A stretch of 64,000 nt of DNA from NCBI GenBank assembly GCA_050273025.1, contig CP158635.1, forward strand, positions 24,862,001 to 24,926,000. Reading direction: 5' to 3'. The position numbers and the translations under genes were made by a program. The DNA comes from Cenococcum geophilum. Lineage: Eukaryota. This document shows, piece after piece, positions 38,484-52,159 of the stretch. The notes beneath the pieces were generated by a model, which was given only the letters and a program-made list of their open reading frames with translations, did not search any database and was not told where the DNA came from. How positions within the stretch are numbered: the stretch's first letter is position 1; each line of letters begins with the position of its first letter.

Positions 38484-38983
38484 ATATTATAATTTTCTTA
38501 TCTACTGCAACTCGCTTCCATATAAAAGCCTCCCATATTAAAATATCATCTTTATATATAAATTTGAATATAAATCAAATATAATTGTATACGCATACTT
38601 TATTAACTCTATTTCTTTACTATAAGCCTAAGGCTTCCTCCTACCATATTCAGCAGATCTGCATCGCCTTATACTACGGCTAGGTAGGGTATAGCTGGTA
38701 AGGGGGGAGGCTTATTAAATGATTAAGTACGGCATTCACCTATCACGCCCTCATTACACCGTCCTTTTGGCTCAATAGGATCGCAATTTAAGCAGGTGAT
38801 ACCTGTTAAGACTTAGTAATAAAGAGGCTAGTAAGAAATAGAGTTTTATATATTTTAAGTAAAAAAAGTACTGCGTATACGATTATATACGATTTATATT
38901 TAAATTTATATATAAAGACGACATTTTAATATAGGAGGCTCTTATCCAGAAGCAAGTTGCGGTAGATAAGAAAACTATAATAT
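38484..38983. mobile_element. MITE-like element with ~115-bp inverted repeats
   Basis: 38484-38600 is the reverse complement of 38864-38983 with a ~260-bp spacer; TSD not resolved. Confidence 0.7.
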
Positions 38984-40441
38984 CCAATAGGGCACCCAAA
39001 ACTGTAGCGACCCTACACTGCTAACTTTTTCTTCTTAACTAGCTCCTTTATATAAACAGGTTCTTTCTTATAGGCCTATTTTTTTTAAGGGCGGACCTTT
39101 TTATCCCTAAAAGTTATCCATTTATTCCCCCCTAGTTATTAAAAGGTTAAGTTTAAAATCAACAAGCTCCTATACTCTTAGTGAACATATTCTTCTAGTA
39201 ATCTATTTAGACTAGCATTAAATCCACTCTAATCCTCTAGTCCAAATATAAGTTACCTATATAGGCTAATCCGCCATTTTATATCCAATTGGCGCGAGTA
39301 TAGATCGCTCTGTTCTTCCATACCATTAACCCTAAATATCTTATTAGCCCTTTATACCTATCTAGTAAGCTCCTTAAAATAGACGAAAGTAATTTCTATC
39401 GTTTTACCTTTGTATCTATCCCGGTCCCCATCGCGTATAGGGATCCCTTAGTCACTAAATCGCCTCCCAAACTCAAATCTACAAGATTTAGTTTGGTTAT
39501 TGCTCTAAAATTTACACTAAGCTAAATTTTAGTATCTTCGACGGTTAAAATAAGTTTTAGCCTTTTTAATTTTATAAATAAAGTTTCTAAATATATTAAG
39601 GCCGTAGAGGTAATAGAGAAATTACCTAGGTAGAACCTCCGGGTAATTTACTACAGTTTAGATAGAAAAGTTATTAAAAAGTTTATAATAATTAGTAAGG
39701 ATAATTTAATCGTAAATATCCTTAAGAATATTGATACTTAAGATACAGTAAATTGTATTATAGGAATGAAGCGGCAAAGAGCAGGATATATAATGATATT
39801 AATTAGAGAAAGAGTACAAAAGCAGGTGCTAAAGCGTTTAGTACTAAAGGAAAAGGTAGAGATGCTAAAAAGGATTAAAGACTATTAAAAAGAGTTAGAA
39901 TGTCAATAGCTAAATAGAATTTTTAAGGAATATGTTAAGGTTAAGAGATTTCCAAAGCATTACCTAAAAACAATAAAGAAATGCATAGTATATAAGGGAG
40001 GGTATTTATTAGGGGAGTTAGTACTAATAACAGACTATTAAAAGCACAGCTTTTATAACAGATGCTATTAGGAGGATAGAGTATACCTAAAGTATAAGGA
40101 GGAGGAAAGCAACCGTGGCTCGGAATAGTAGCTTTTATCCACCAATACCTTAGCCCTCTATCTTCTACTAGGTGCTAGTTTTAATCTTTATCTCTTATAT
40201 ATATAAGAAAGTATATTATATAAATAAATAGTATTATTAAAGTAAGCGTGCATATAATTATTACTTAAAGGGAAATTATCCATAAACCATTGCGAGCGTT
40301 TAAATATTGTCAGCTAAAACAGTATATAACGCCGCTAACAACCAAATATTCCGACTTTAGCTTAACACTCTAAGGACTTAAAAGGAGGGGAAAACTAGCC
40401 CACTCCTGCCATTCCTTAAAAAGCACTCTTAACCATCAAAA

Positions 40442-41335
40442 ATATCTATACTTTATCTAACCATCGAATTAATTCTCATAATAGCGGAGTATCTTAAACG
40501 CGTGTATAACGTTAATGCTCTTATTATTATAGGTCGTCACTTCTACCATATATTAAATAATAAGCTTTACAAACGCGACAGCAGCTCCGCGATATACTAG
40601 GCAGCAAAGTTCAAATAGGCTAGCACCGCTTAGAAGGCTGTTCCATTTATTAACATTAACAACCTTATTAAGCCCTTGCTGTTAGCCGTAGAGGAAGGCT
40701 ATATAGATATAGTTCGCCTACTACTAAAACGGGGCGCGCCCATTAACACACCAAGAGAAGGCAAAAGCGTGCTCTTAGAACTTTTGTAAAGAAGCAACGC
40801 AGAAATTATTAAACTATTACTCAAGTATAGGGCCGAAGTCAAGCCTGCCAATAGACGCATCCCGCTAAACACAGCCATTTCCTATAGCTAAAAAGAGATT
40901 ATATATATACTATAGGATGCTAGAGCACGACTAGACCCCTTTACACAAGAGGCAGCTATATATAACCCGGTTAAGATTACTTTTATTCAACTATTACTTA
41001 AAGAAGGCGTCATTCTTCGTAAAGAGGACTTTAAGCCACCTTATTTCGGCTCACGACTTCGCCTAAAATAGGAAAAGGCCATTATAAACCTACTACGCCG
41101 CGAACAAATAAAAAGAGTTAGTAAGTGCTAGGTCGAGCTAGATTTCTAGGCTTTACTTATAGTATACACATAGTTTTGAGATTTGTATTACTGGTGTTTT
41201 GGAGATTACGACTACAAAGCTAGTAAGAAGTTGAGGATAAAAACATAGCTACATTGCCACAGCCTCCTTACTAGAGAGCGAGATAAGGGTACCTGCGATT
41301 TATTAGGAAGGACTAATACGACTCCTAAAGTTTAA
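40442..41335 (+). pseudogene. F-box-like + ankyrin repeat protein
   Basis: LTIELILIIAEYL...NAL...RHFYHILNNKLY; PLLLAVEEGYIDIVRLLLKRGAPIN; EIIKLLLKYRA; PLNTAISY. Confidence 0.8.
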
Positions 41336-41599
41336 CAGATTGACTCTCGGCCGATAATATTAACTTAAGTTAGCTTACTATTAACGGAGACTGCTTACAC
41401 CACATATATATTATTATATAACCGGTAAATTTGGTTTAGTAATTGTTTAGGTAGATATAAAAAACCTAAAAGCTACCTAAATACTACATTGTAATAGCTA
41501 TTGCTACCTTTTTGGCGAGGATATAGGGATAGGGTATAAACTTCAATCTATTCTATATCTCTCTTAAATAAAGTACACTTTTATGCTTAGCTAGGCGAT

Positions 41600-42821
41600 G
41601 TAATAGCTCCCTATACTTACAAGCAGGCCTCTTAATTATTTTATTACTCTTGGTTAACCTTTATAGCACACCCTTCTAAAGCTCTATAAGTTGATATCTA
41701 TAAAGCCCAGAATCCCTAAAAGAGCATATAGTTTTTAATTCTTCTCTTAAAGTCTTCTTAAACTTTTGCAAGCTTTTTAGTAAAGCTTGGCATCCTTATT
41801 TATAGAAAATTTCTTCTATCTAAATCCAGCCCTCCTATACTTTCTCCCATTCTAACTATATCTTAGGTCTTAAAGCTTCTAGGTTAAGCTAATTACCATA
41901 TCATAACCGCCCAGCTCTATCTAGAGTAATAGTTTTCTTTACCTTTCTAGGAGACTTCCGGTGTATAGGAGACTTCTAATATATAGGAGATTCTGCGAAA
42001 GGGATAAAAGCGTTAAAGTCCTCTTTAATAAGGATTGGATGATTTACGTAATTGTTAGTATGTATATAGTATTCTCTTTTCACCTCTTCTTATATTTTAG
42101 TATACTTTTAGAAGATCTAAATAAACCTTAATAGTTATTCCTAAGGTTTTGCTCTAAATCTAGGTATTACTGCTAGACAAGTTTACCTGGCTACTTATAA
42201 TCTTCTATATCCATCTACTCCTCTTTTATAGACTTTAGTTAGCATTTATTAGGGCTAACGTAGAAGAGCATATATTATATTACCTTCGTTAGAGTGAACT
42301 TCTATGGTATTAGTGTAAGTATATAGCTTAGTTGTGTTTTCAGAGCTAGAACCTTCCGCAGGCACGTACTATCCAAACTCCTTTATCATTTGGCCAGCTA
42401 TTATTATAGAAGTATTTACCGTTTTAGAGAAGTAGCTAGAGTAGCAAAAGATCTGTTCGAATTAGGTATTATATACTTAAACATCCTTTAGTATAATTTC
42501 GTCGATAAAAGGTTTAGGGTTAAGAGAATCGGTTATAGCTAAGCCTTGCCCGCCACTAATTGAGAAATGCTTTAAGTAGGATGTAGGGGACTTGCTTGCA
42601 AGCTCCGTAGCCACTAGGCCGTTAGCAGTAAATATTGTAGAAATTGCGTAAGTCTCTCTGCTTAGAGTTTCGTCGGCTTTAGATCCTGTAAAGGTATCTT
42701 TAAATATAAGAGGAACAGGACTAGCAGAATTAAGTACGGAATTTACCTATGCCAACCTTAAACGAGTGGCTTCGGAGATGGAGAAATACTTAGGAGGATG
42801 TTTGAAGTTAGAATAATCCAT
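41600..42821 (-). pseudogene. Hypothetical protein
   Basis: ATG at 42821 (MDYSNFKHPPKYFSISEATRL...) opens a long frame broken mainly by RIP-type stops; upstream TATA-like sequence; no family recognised. Confidence 0.45.
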
Positions 42822-45800
42822 TGCTAATATATGCGGTAGGTTTGTTTAAAAGGAGGTAGGGTTGTCTAAGAAGGGAGATAGGTTTATTTAAGAAGTGCGA
42901 ACGCCGGGGTTTAAATACCACTCCTCACCATCCTATATAATGTGGGTTTCCGCTTAGAGACGGGGCAGTGTTAGGGGACGTTCTTAACTAAGGATTTCTG
43001 CTCTGTGTTGCTAAGCCCCTGATCTAACTATATAAGATAAACTTAGCCCGGGTGGTTCCCAAGCCTAAATAAGACGCTCTGTGCCGTCTACCCATATAGT
43101 AGAGCCTTTAGAGCCCTTAGTATAAGCTAATTAACTGCTCCCACTGCTGTCCATTATGCTATACAAGGCATATCCCAAATCGCCGAGGCTTTAAGGCCTT
43201 GCGCCGGCTTCCGTTCCCCCTATAATGGTGGCACCTTTATATATAGTTCCGCTTAGCTAATTCGTAAGCCTTGGCCGCAGAAGTTGCTTTAGGTCATTTA
43301 AACTAAAGGCCGTATAACCTTCTCCCTTAAGGTAGTGGACATTCTAGGTTAAAGGATGTAGATATACGCCGCCCGATATAACACTTACACATAACGGTCC
43401 ATCTTAGGTGCTACACCTCTAGGGTATAGTAAGGGCACGCATCATATAAACCCTTCTCCGGTTTAGTAGGGTAGGGGCTACTATAGCGTAGCCGCGAGGC
43501 GCATTGTTAATACGGCGATGTTAGGGCCTTAAAGATGGGATTATATATAAAGGTGTAGTCTGCCTATATACCGTAAGTAATAAAAGGTAGTAAAAAGGTT
43601 TTATAACTTAACCTAACTTATATATTATCTCTTGGGTAAACTCTATCCTTTACTTAGTTATTAGAGTTCGGGTATCGACCGTATGCTTATAGCTACGCTG
43701 AATAACTAAGGACACAGGCGTGGAGTAAATTTTAGCGTTAAAATAGGCTAAAATAGGGGCGCGGAGATATCGGCGTAAGGGAAGTACTAGCGTAATTGCA
43801 GTGCTGGTGATGGTAAGGGGTCTCCTTCGCTTTTTTCGGTTAAGCGATTTTGAGAAGTCTCTTGCCTATAGCTTCTACTATTAGATTTTAAAATAATTAT
43901 ACCGCGATTATAGAAGCAACGTTATTATAGCCTTTACAACCATATAAACTAAAAGAGGCTTAAACTATTACCGCAATGATGTTTTTTCTGGTGTATATTA
44001 GATACTGGCAAAACTACTTCCTTGCGAAACCTTTAGTGAAGTATAGGTTTGCGCGCCGCACTAGGTTATAAAAGAAGTCCTAAGAATAGAGGCCGGTTAA
44101 AAAGGGGATTAATATAGGAGACGCTTATATTTATATCATAGGCTGTATTGACTGCGGTTATAATAAAGGAAGACTTATACGTAAGGGAGGCTTAGTGGAG
44201 CGTTAATTACCCTTTCCATGCTTTAGGGGTCTATAGCGTACTATGCCTTCTTACTAAGAATTGCGCCGGAGAACTAGATATATACATTTAAACAAAGCAG
44301 TCCTGGTTATATAAGCAGCTAGTCCAGTATAGGGATATTCTATCATAGCTCAGCTAGCAGCGCCAGCATTGTGAGTTCGGAAGTTACTACTGGTACCTAT
44401 AAAAGGGTCAGGATATATAAGCTAGTGGACAAACAATATGGTAACCGCTAGTAGGGGGTAGTTTCTGCAAGAGGATAAGCCCTTAAGATGTCATTATACT
44501 TATTAGGCCCATACGTAATAAGGAAGTATATATAATTAAGATCCACGGTTTAATTTAGGGCTCCACGTACGCTGTATCTTAATTGCGGATTATATCGGTT
44601 CTTGTTTACTAGATAGCTAAATTTGAAGCCTAAACTAGGTAATATCGGCCCTAGGCTAGATTTTTTAGCTATTGATTTATTAAGGGGGGTAGAGGCTGTA
44701 AATAACCGCCTTACTGGCCGCACCCACATTACTATATCGGAATACTCGGAAGACATAGGGTAATATAAACCATTATCTTTAATGTAACTATTATGTGGAG
44801 GTATAGCAAGGTCAAATATAGATAGAGAGGGGATCAAGCCCTATCTATAGTCGTATCTTGACGTATTTATAATACAATAGTTATATTATTAAGTTAGTGT
44901 ATTGGCTTAGCCTTTAAGCCTTAGCTTTCTAGGCAGAGCTAAGTAAAGCCTATATTTGGCTCTTCTACAAGTTATACGAGAAGAGCAGGATATATAATTA
45001 ACGGTAAGTAATTTAAAGGTAAAGGTAGGGGATAGTACGTTATATTTAACTAAGGTGTGCCTTATTTCCAACTCTTTAATAGGGTATTACTGACATTGCT
45101 AGGCTATACTGTTTGTCCCGAAGCCTAAAGGCTTAGATAATGCCTTTAATATAGTAAAGTAGGTACGTTAATAGTGGTTTCTAAGTGGCTTTATTATTCG
45201 CTAGCCTACTAATATAAATAGAGTATCTTATTAGCTACAGAATGTAAGAATAATTTAGGGTGTAATAGTCCTAGTATAGAAGAAAATAATGGCGTAGTAA
45301 AGCCGTTTAAATGTACTTTATCTTAATACTACTATTTATTAGAGTCCTTAGACTTTAGCTAGGGTATAAACTATACCTAAATAAAAAATCAAGAGCCTTA
45401 AAAGAAGCCGGAATGAGACTTTAAAGTGTATAGGTAAACGATATTAAAAAGGCTAAAAATGAAATTATGGAATATAAATGGAAAAGGATACAAACGAGCT
45501 GCCTTTTAGTATTTAGCCTTAGAGTTATTATAATGTATTATTTGTTTGTAGAAGACACTTTATATATAGGATTGGAGTTGAATAGTTTATACCTTTGCGG
45601 TATTTATATCCCTACTAATAATTTAGTTAGTAGGTGCTCTAGTCTCCGCAGTAAACTGAAATTATATTACTAAGTTCGGACTACCTCTCGTACATTGCTA
45701 CCTCTTATATACTTTTCCTTACCAAAAAATACTAAAATAAAGGTACGCTAAGCCGCTCCCTACCTGTAATACTTTGAATATATAGTTAGTGCTTCTTATA

Positions 45801-45916
45801 TACCCTAAGACCTAGCATAGAAAGTAGGTGTGCTATATATTAGGATGCTTATAATGCTTTATATTTAATAAGCTAATTAGCGGATTTTAAGCTCCCTTAT
45901 TATCAAGTAGTATAGA

Positions 45917-48820
45917 ATAAACGTCAACCCCTTACGGCTATATTTCCTATTAAGCTATAATAGATATATAGGGACGTCTTATATTATAGAGCTTATTTTA
46001 GCGTTTTATATTTTCTAAATATAATACTTTTGTCTATAGATATATATAAGCAAAGCTATAGATATGCTTTAGATTTTAGGTAGAAATAGCCTATCTAGTA
46101 AGCAACTAGTGTAGCTATACCGCAATACCAGCAACCCGGAAGCCAACAGCGCCCGCTATCTAAATTTATATTTGCGGTATAGCTATTTTCCTTAAACGTA
46201 CTTATAACATCGACTTAGACGTTAGCTTTCTATAATTATTCACTATAAGCCTACAATTTCGCATTTATACGTCTTAAAGCTTAGGTGGGCGCAATAACCA
46301 ATAACAAGCTAGAATATTACTTTAGTTCTTAGAGCCACCTTTGTCCCTACAGATATAAGGTCTAAGATATAATGCGCTCGAAAACAACTAGCCTTACTAT
46401 GCCGTCCTTCCGACAGAAGGTTAGGCCTAGTGTAATCGCTATTTTAAGGAGATAAAGTCTCTAAATATAAACTAGAAGCAAGCTTAGCAGAAAGCCAATA
46501 ATATTGAAGGGCCCCTTAATTTTAACTCCACCAACCAAAAAGTAGATAAGTTGTGTTTAGTTATTAATCTAAAAAGGTAGATTAGTGTACGCTTTTATAG
46601 GACTAGTAGTGATACCGCCGACTATATTTAGTAGATTATAAAACTAGAATAAGACATACGGGCCTTTACTAACTAAAGTCTAGGTAGGTTTTATACTATA
46701 AGCATAGCAAAGCCCAATTAGGTACTTCCTTTCTAATATTATACCTAGGGCCAAGCCTTGCCAAAACCAACCTTCTAAAGACAAAGATAGTAACGCCAAC
46801 CACTCTCTAAAGCATCCCCGATGATAGTACTGTTATAGTTTTAAAGGATTTCTACGCGGGCTTCTACGCAAGCACCGTCTATTGGCTTTATAAAATCGTA
46901 CCGGACCTTAATAACTCTCTACTAAAGCGTAGCGCTGTAAGTCTAGATTTAAGACCTCTGACGCCTAAGGATAGTAGTACCGATATACTGCGTAGCTGGT
47001 TTCAAATCATAGTATTTAATAAAAGCGACCCTAAGGTACTTAAGCAGGCAACTAGAGTAATAAGCATTAATAAATTCCTAAAAGGTCTCCACGCTAGCTA
47101 GGTAGAGACTTACGTTAACTTCTTCAAAAAGGTATAGCGTCTATATACTCTTCAATATCTTAGGGTTACCATCTAGGTATAAACACTTGCCGCTCTCAAA
47201 TTCAAGAATGCGAGAATCCTAGGCGGCGTTATTCCATCTAATATAAAAGGCCTAAAAATAACTAAGCCGTGCTGGGATATACTCTATTAATGGCTCCTAA
47301 AGCTCCTTACTCCTTAAACTCTTCTAACTATCTACAAAAGCTTTAAAGATTATAGCTCTATTTATAAGCTATTAATAATAGGATTATATAATAAATATTA
47401 GTACGACCCGGAAAGCCTTCTACTTAAATATACTGCTGTAGTGTATCTCGGTTTTATACCTTCTAATAAGGTTAACTATAAGAGCTTCTTACTTTCTATA
47501 AACCTAAAGGATAGTTTGGTTTTGTAAGTCTAGTATTAAAACTATATAATAGGACAGATGGCTATAGGTAATTCATTAACCCGTCAGCTTTTAGATGAGT
47601 TATAAAAGCGACCTAACTACCTATTACTTGTTGTTTATAAAGGAACCAACGCCGATAACATGGTCTATCCGTCTAAAGATAATGCCCCCATTAGGCGGCG
47701 CCGTTTAGCGAAGACAGAAGAGGAACTTAAGAACGTTAAGTAGACAACTAAGGTTACTTTAAAAGATATAAAAAATACTTTAAGAAAAGACTTAATATAT
47801 AATCCGCTAGTGGTGGACTCTTAGTAATTCATTATTATTAATAAGCAACCCGGCTTGCCGTTCTTACTTTTTAATATTATCTAGGACGCTTTACTAATGC
47901 TTATTAACAACCCCTCCCTAAGGCAACTAGCCAAAAGAGTTATTTAAGATGTAATACCACCTACGGTTTAGGAGATATTTTAGGAGGAAATAACCCTATA
48001 GAATACCTTTAATTTAGGATACCTACCCCCTTAGGATATTAAATATAAGGGAAATAGATTTAGGTTTTAGGACTTAGATAAAGGATTGCTTATAAGTCAC
48101 TGGTCTAAATTTAAGAAGTCTTATATTAGAGATGAAGATCGGTTCATTATATGCGTCGTTTAGGATATAGAAAAAAGAGGTATAATTAGTCTTAATCTAA
48201 AATGCGGACCTACCTAGACTTAGCTATTAGTTATTTAAGGTGTAGATAGAGGCCTTAACCTGTACTTCCTATACAACTTTGGAGAAAAATCACTAGAGTC
48301 ATTAGAGTCTATAACATCCTATAGAGTACTCCCTCCACCTAATTATCTCGTTAAATTTGCGGAGACCTTTAAAGAGAAGTATCTAAATGCGTTTATGGCC
48401 AAGGGTTCTATTCAGACCCACTACTATACTTAGCCTATACCGGCTATTGAACGACCAGGGAAGGCCGGGCTCAATTTTAGCACCTAGTAAGGACACGTCT
48501 ATTATTAGGGATCTATACCGTTTAATAGACCTTAGTCGGAGCGAATATAGTAGTACTATGTCCACTACTATATAAACGCAAAATACCCCTTTATAATATT
48601 CTACCTTACAAGCTTTATTATTTATGCCACTAATAAGACTAATATTTAAGATATAATGGCTGCTATTTTAAATAAAGCGGATACGCATAGCTGGAAGCTT
48701 ACAATTCCACCCCCCTATAATTAGACTTCGGATATCCAGAGTTTGAATTTAGATAGAACTTTTTATGGAATTAGACCTATATAGTGGTATATTTACGGCG
48801 GCTTCGTTTTAAGCGTTTAA
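45917..48820 (+). pseudogene. Large hypothetical protein (~960 codons), conserved-looking ascomycete family of unknown function
   Basis: Long frame broken by RIP-type stops, with motifs SxxFIIINKQPGLPF...DALLML, LYFLYNFG, AKGSIQTHY..P.P, IPFNRP, KYPFIIFYLTSFII. Not a membrane transporter by hydrophobicity. Confidence 0.6.
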
Positions 48821-50995
48821 TAATAAGATAATATAAAATCGTTAAAAAAAAATTTATAGATAGGACATATACGGCACGTAGGTCGCGTACTACGTATATC
48901 GCATATTAACGTACTATGAGGGTTATAGGGAGTTTAGGATGTACTTAAGTATATATAATCCTTACTTAGATATCTTCTTTCCTTTATAGTTAATCTGGCA
49001 TTTATTAGACAATAAAATACACATTATTTATCGTAAATCATTACTATATAACCTCTCGCCTACTAACCCGGAACGCCCTCGCTATAAGTTAGTTAGGCTT
49101 AACCGTATAATACTAGCCAGTTTAATAACGGTTTACAATGCTACTAAAGTGTAACTAATAACGAAACTATACCTAGGGATGCCAATAATAGGATGGACCC
49201 GCGACCAAATAAGGGAATTAGCGGACAAGGTAAGTACTATTAGGGAAAATCTAAGACAACCTAGATAGTTAACTGTAAAGTTTCTATATAGGGATACACC
49301 TTTGTCAAATATTAAGTTAATAGTATTACGGAGACCTCTTCGGCCTCCTATAGCTACAGTTATTTAAACTATAGGTCTCTATAAACTACTTATATATCGA
49401 CTTACTTTAGAATAAAGTCATAAATAAGATAATTCTTAAATTTAAGACCGGTGGGGGAACTAGGAACGTTACTAAAATAACATTATTATAGACTTAATAT
49501 ATTAAGAAATGTAGTAAATATAAATTACCTTTCTACCTTTAGTTTAATAATAAAGTAAGGCTTATAAATATTACTATATAAAGTGCAGAATAGAGTACTC
49601 CTAAGCAGAATTAAGTAGTATCCCCTATTTCCATTCTAATATCTAAGCCTAGTAAGTAAGCGTTAGAGTGTGCAGAGTGTAATATATAGTAAGGGAAAGC
49701 GCAAACAATACAAAATATAGTTGCGTTTACTATATAAAGGATAATGAGGAATAAGTTCTTTCTGCTAACCCAAACCTACCTATATGGTATTTGTAAATTA
49801 GAGAGAATAAACGCTAAAATGCACTAATAGCAAAATGTAAGCACTATGCTAATAATTAAGCAACCCGTAATTGTCTTATAAAGGAGTCTAGCTAAGGCGT
49901 AATCTAGGTAATTAAGGTGATTAAAAAAATAGGAAATTAATAGGCTAGCTAATAATTCGGAAACTTAAAGAGGAAGTAGTTTACAACTTATATAGTTTGT
50001 ATAATTTATACAAAAGTATTTTATTCCAACCGTTATATTCTAAGGAACTTAGTAATTATACTCTAGAGGTAAAAACTAAATATAAGTATTAGTAATTAAA
50101 GGCACCTAATTAGACTTATTTATACTAACCTATAAAGTAAAAGCTCCGGCCTTTTCTCTTCTCTTATCTATAACTATTGCCAAGACAATTCCTGTCAATC
50201 CTATTCCGGCGCATACTATAATAATATACGCTACTTTTAAGCACATTATATCTAGCTGCATCTTTTAAAAGTGGTTGGTTTTAGTAAGTAGCTAAGAATA
50301 TAATAGACGCTAATAGATTTGGGAAGCGTAAGTACTATAAGGTTAATATAATATATAGCGTGACTTTTAATATAAAAGAAAGGTAATAAGTAGAATAAAA
50401 AAAGCGAGTAGGGGCACGCAAGGAAGGCTAAATTTAGATAGGGCGGTACCTAGTTTATTAATATAGTCCTTAGTTTTACTAAGCTAACTTTATAAGCTAG
50501 TTTTATATCATTTCTAAAGGAAGACCGCCTAAAGGTGCTAATAATCGCTTAACTAATAGCTAGTGTAGCCAAGGTAGATAACGCGGGTGAGGTGGATAGT
50601 ACGGATAAGGTGGATAACACGGGTGAGGTAGATGATATAGGTAAAGCCGATAAGGCTAAGTAAGTTATTAATGTTAACTAAACGCTAAGGAGCAGCGTTA
50701 GCTAGTAGGACGAGGATAAGAATAAGGAAGAAGAACGTATAATATAACGTAGGACGGTAATAAACAGGATGGAGATAAGGATATCTAATACCACCCCATT
50801 ATTACCTTTAAAGGCTATACCGTACTCTAAATAGTTAATAATAGTAAAATCTATCCTAACGCTTTCCAGTCTAATGCGACTATTAGGGAATTTTACTTAA
50901 GTAATCTGTCTTTTATCCTTTCCTATATTACTTAGGGTTTTTTCCTTTTTATATTCTTGTTCTTCTTTTGGCTCTTTGGATATCGGTAGTTTAAA

Positions 50996-52159
50996 ATAGT
51001 AGAATTCCTATAATCTTTTAACCCCTTCCACCGCAAGAAAGGATACGCTCCCCTTAACCCCATTCCGCTATTCCTCTACTCCCGGTTGTAGATATTTGTT
51101 AAAATCGGCGTCCCTATCCTTATTCTCCTCTCTCTAGCCTCCTTCCTATACCCTTCCGCCAAAAATGCCGTAACGCAGTATCTCGCTATATATAGGCATA
51201 TTCCTAGCATCGTTCACTATATATACATTAAGAGGGATTCGGATTCTACGATTAATATACACTTTACATACTTCCTATCCCTATACGCCTTAGTTATATA
51301 TATTAAGCCGTCCAAGATCTACCTCTATACTAACTATAACTAAACCGAGATCGAGTCTGCTATTGAAATGGGGAATATATAGACTTGTAAGGTCTTCACC
51401 ACCTTCCTAAACCTCCTCCAAATTAACCACATCTGGGTCCCGTAGTTCGTAGGCCCTAATGTAATAAAGCCTATTAAAGCCATCTAGTATAAGTTAGACG
51501 TGCTACGCTAAAAAGAGGTCTCTAAGATTGGCGGCATCTATATAGATTAGGACGTTGTGCCGCTTAAGTCCCTAACTCCGCTGTAAAACATAGGGTTTAC
51601 CTTTATTACTAAACAACAGTATGGCAGCGCAGAGGAGGACGGCACTATTAACGGCACGATTAATAACGGAGTTTTCTTAATAAAGCCGAATAGCGCCTTA
51701 ATAAGACTTATAGTGCGCGAGCAGATAGCTACGTTTAACAGTGTCTAGGAATTTAATTTATAACTACTAACGCAAATCACCAGGCGCCTTATTAGTATTT
51801 TAAACAAAGTCCTTATCCTAAACCGGAACGCATTCGCGCTAACACACTGGTTCCAGGATAGTAAGGACGCCCTCTTTAGAATATATGGTACCGTATCTTC
51901 TAAGCCTATTACTACTAATTCGACGGATCCTATTATCTACTATAACACTATTATCAAGAACTAAAGAACGCGGAAGGACTAGGAGATAGATTTTAGTGCT
52001 ATATATCTGCTATATACTTTTAGATAGGGGCAGTATAATGAATAGATCACGCTTAAGAAGATTCTAAGTTAGATAAGCAATTATAGAGTTGCGACTTAAC
52101 CGATTGTTAAGAAGATAATAGTAAATAGGTTAGTAGTGGGAATAGAGAATAGCGACTAA
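50996..52159 (+). pseudogene. Glycosyltransferase family 32 (DxD sugar-binding) type II membrane protein
   Basis: N-terminal TM segment; IPSIVHYIY; (H)K(S)DVLR; GGIYIDxDVVPLKSL; INNGVFL; 388 codons in one frame. Confidence 0.85.

Noticed and set aside
50572..50660. Short 9/18-bp repeats (also ~53925-53970, 54696-54800, 57286-57355)
   Set aside because: Low-complexity repeats with no supportable function.
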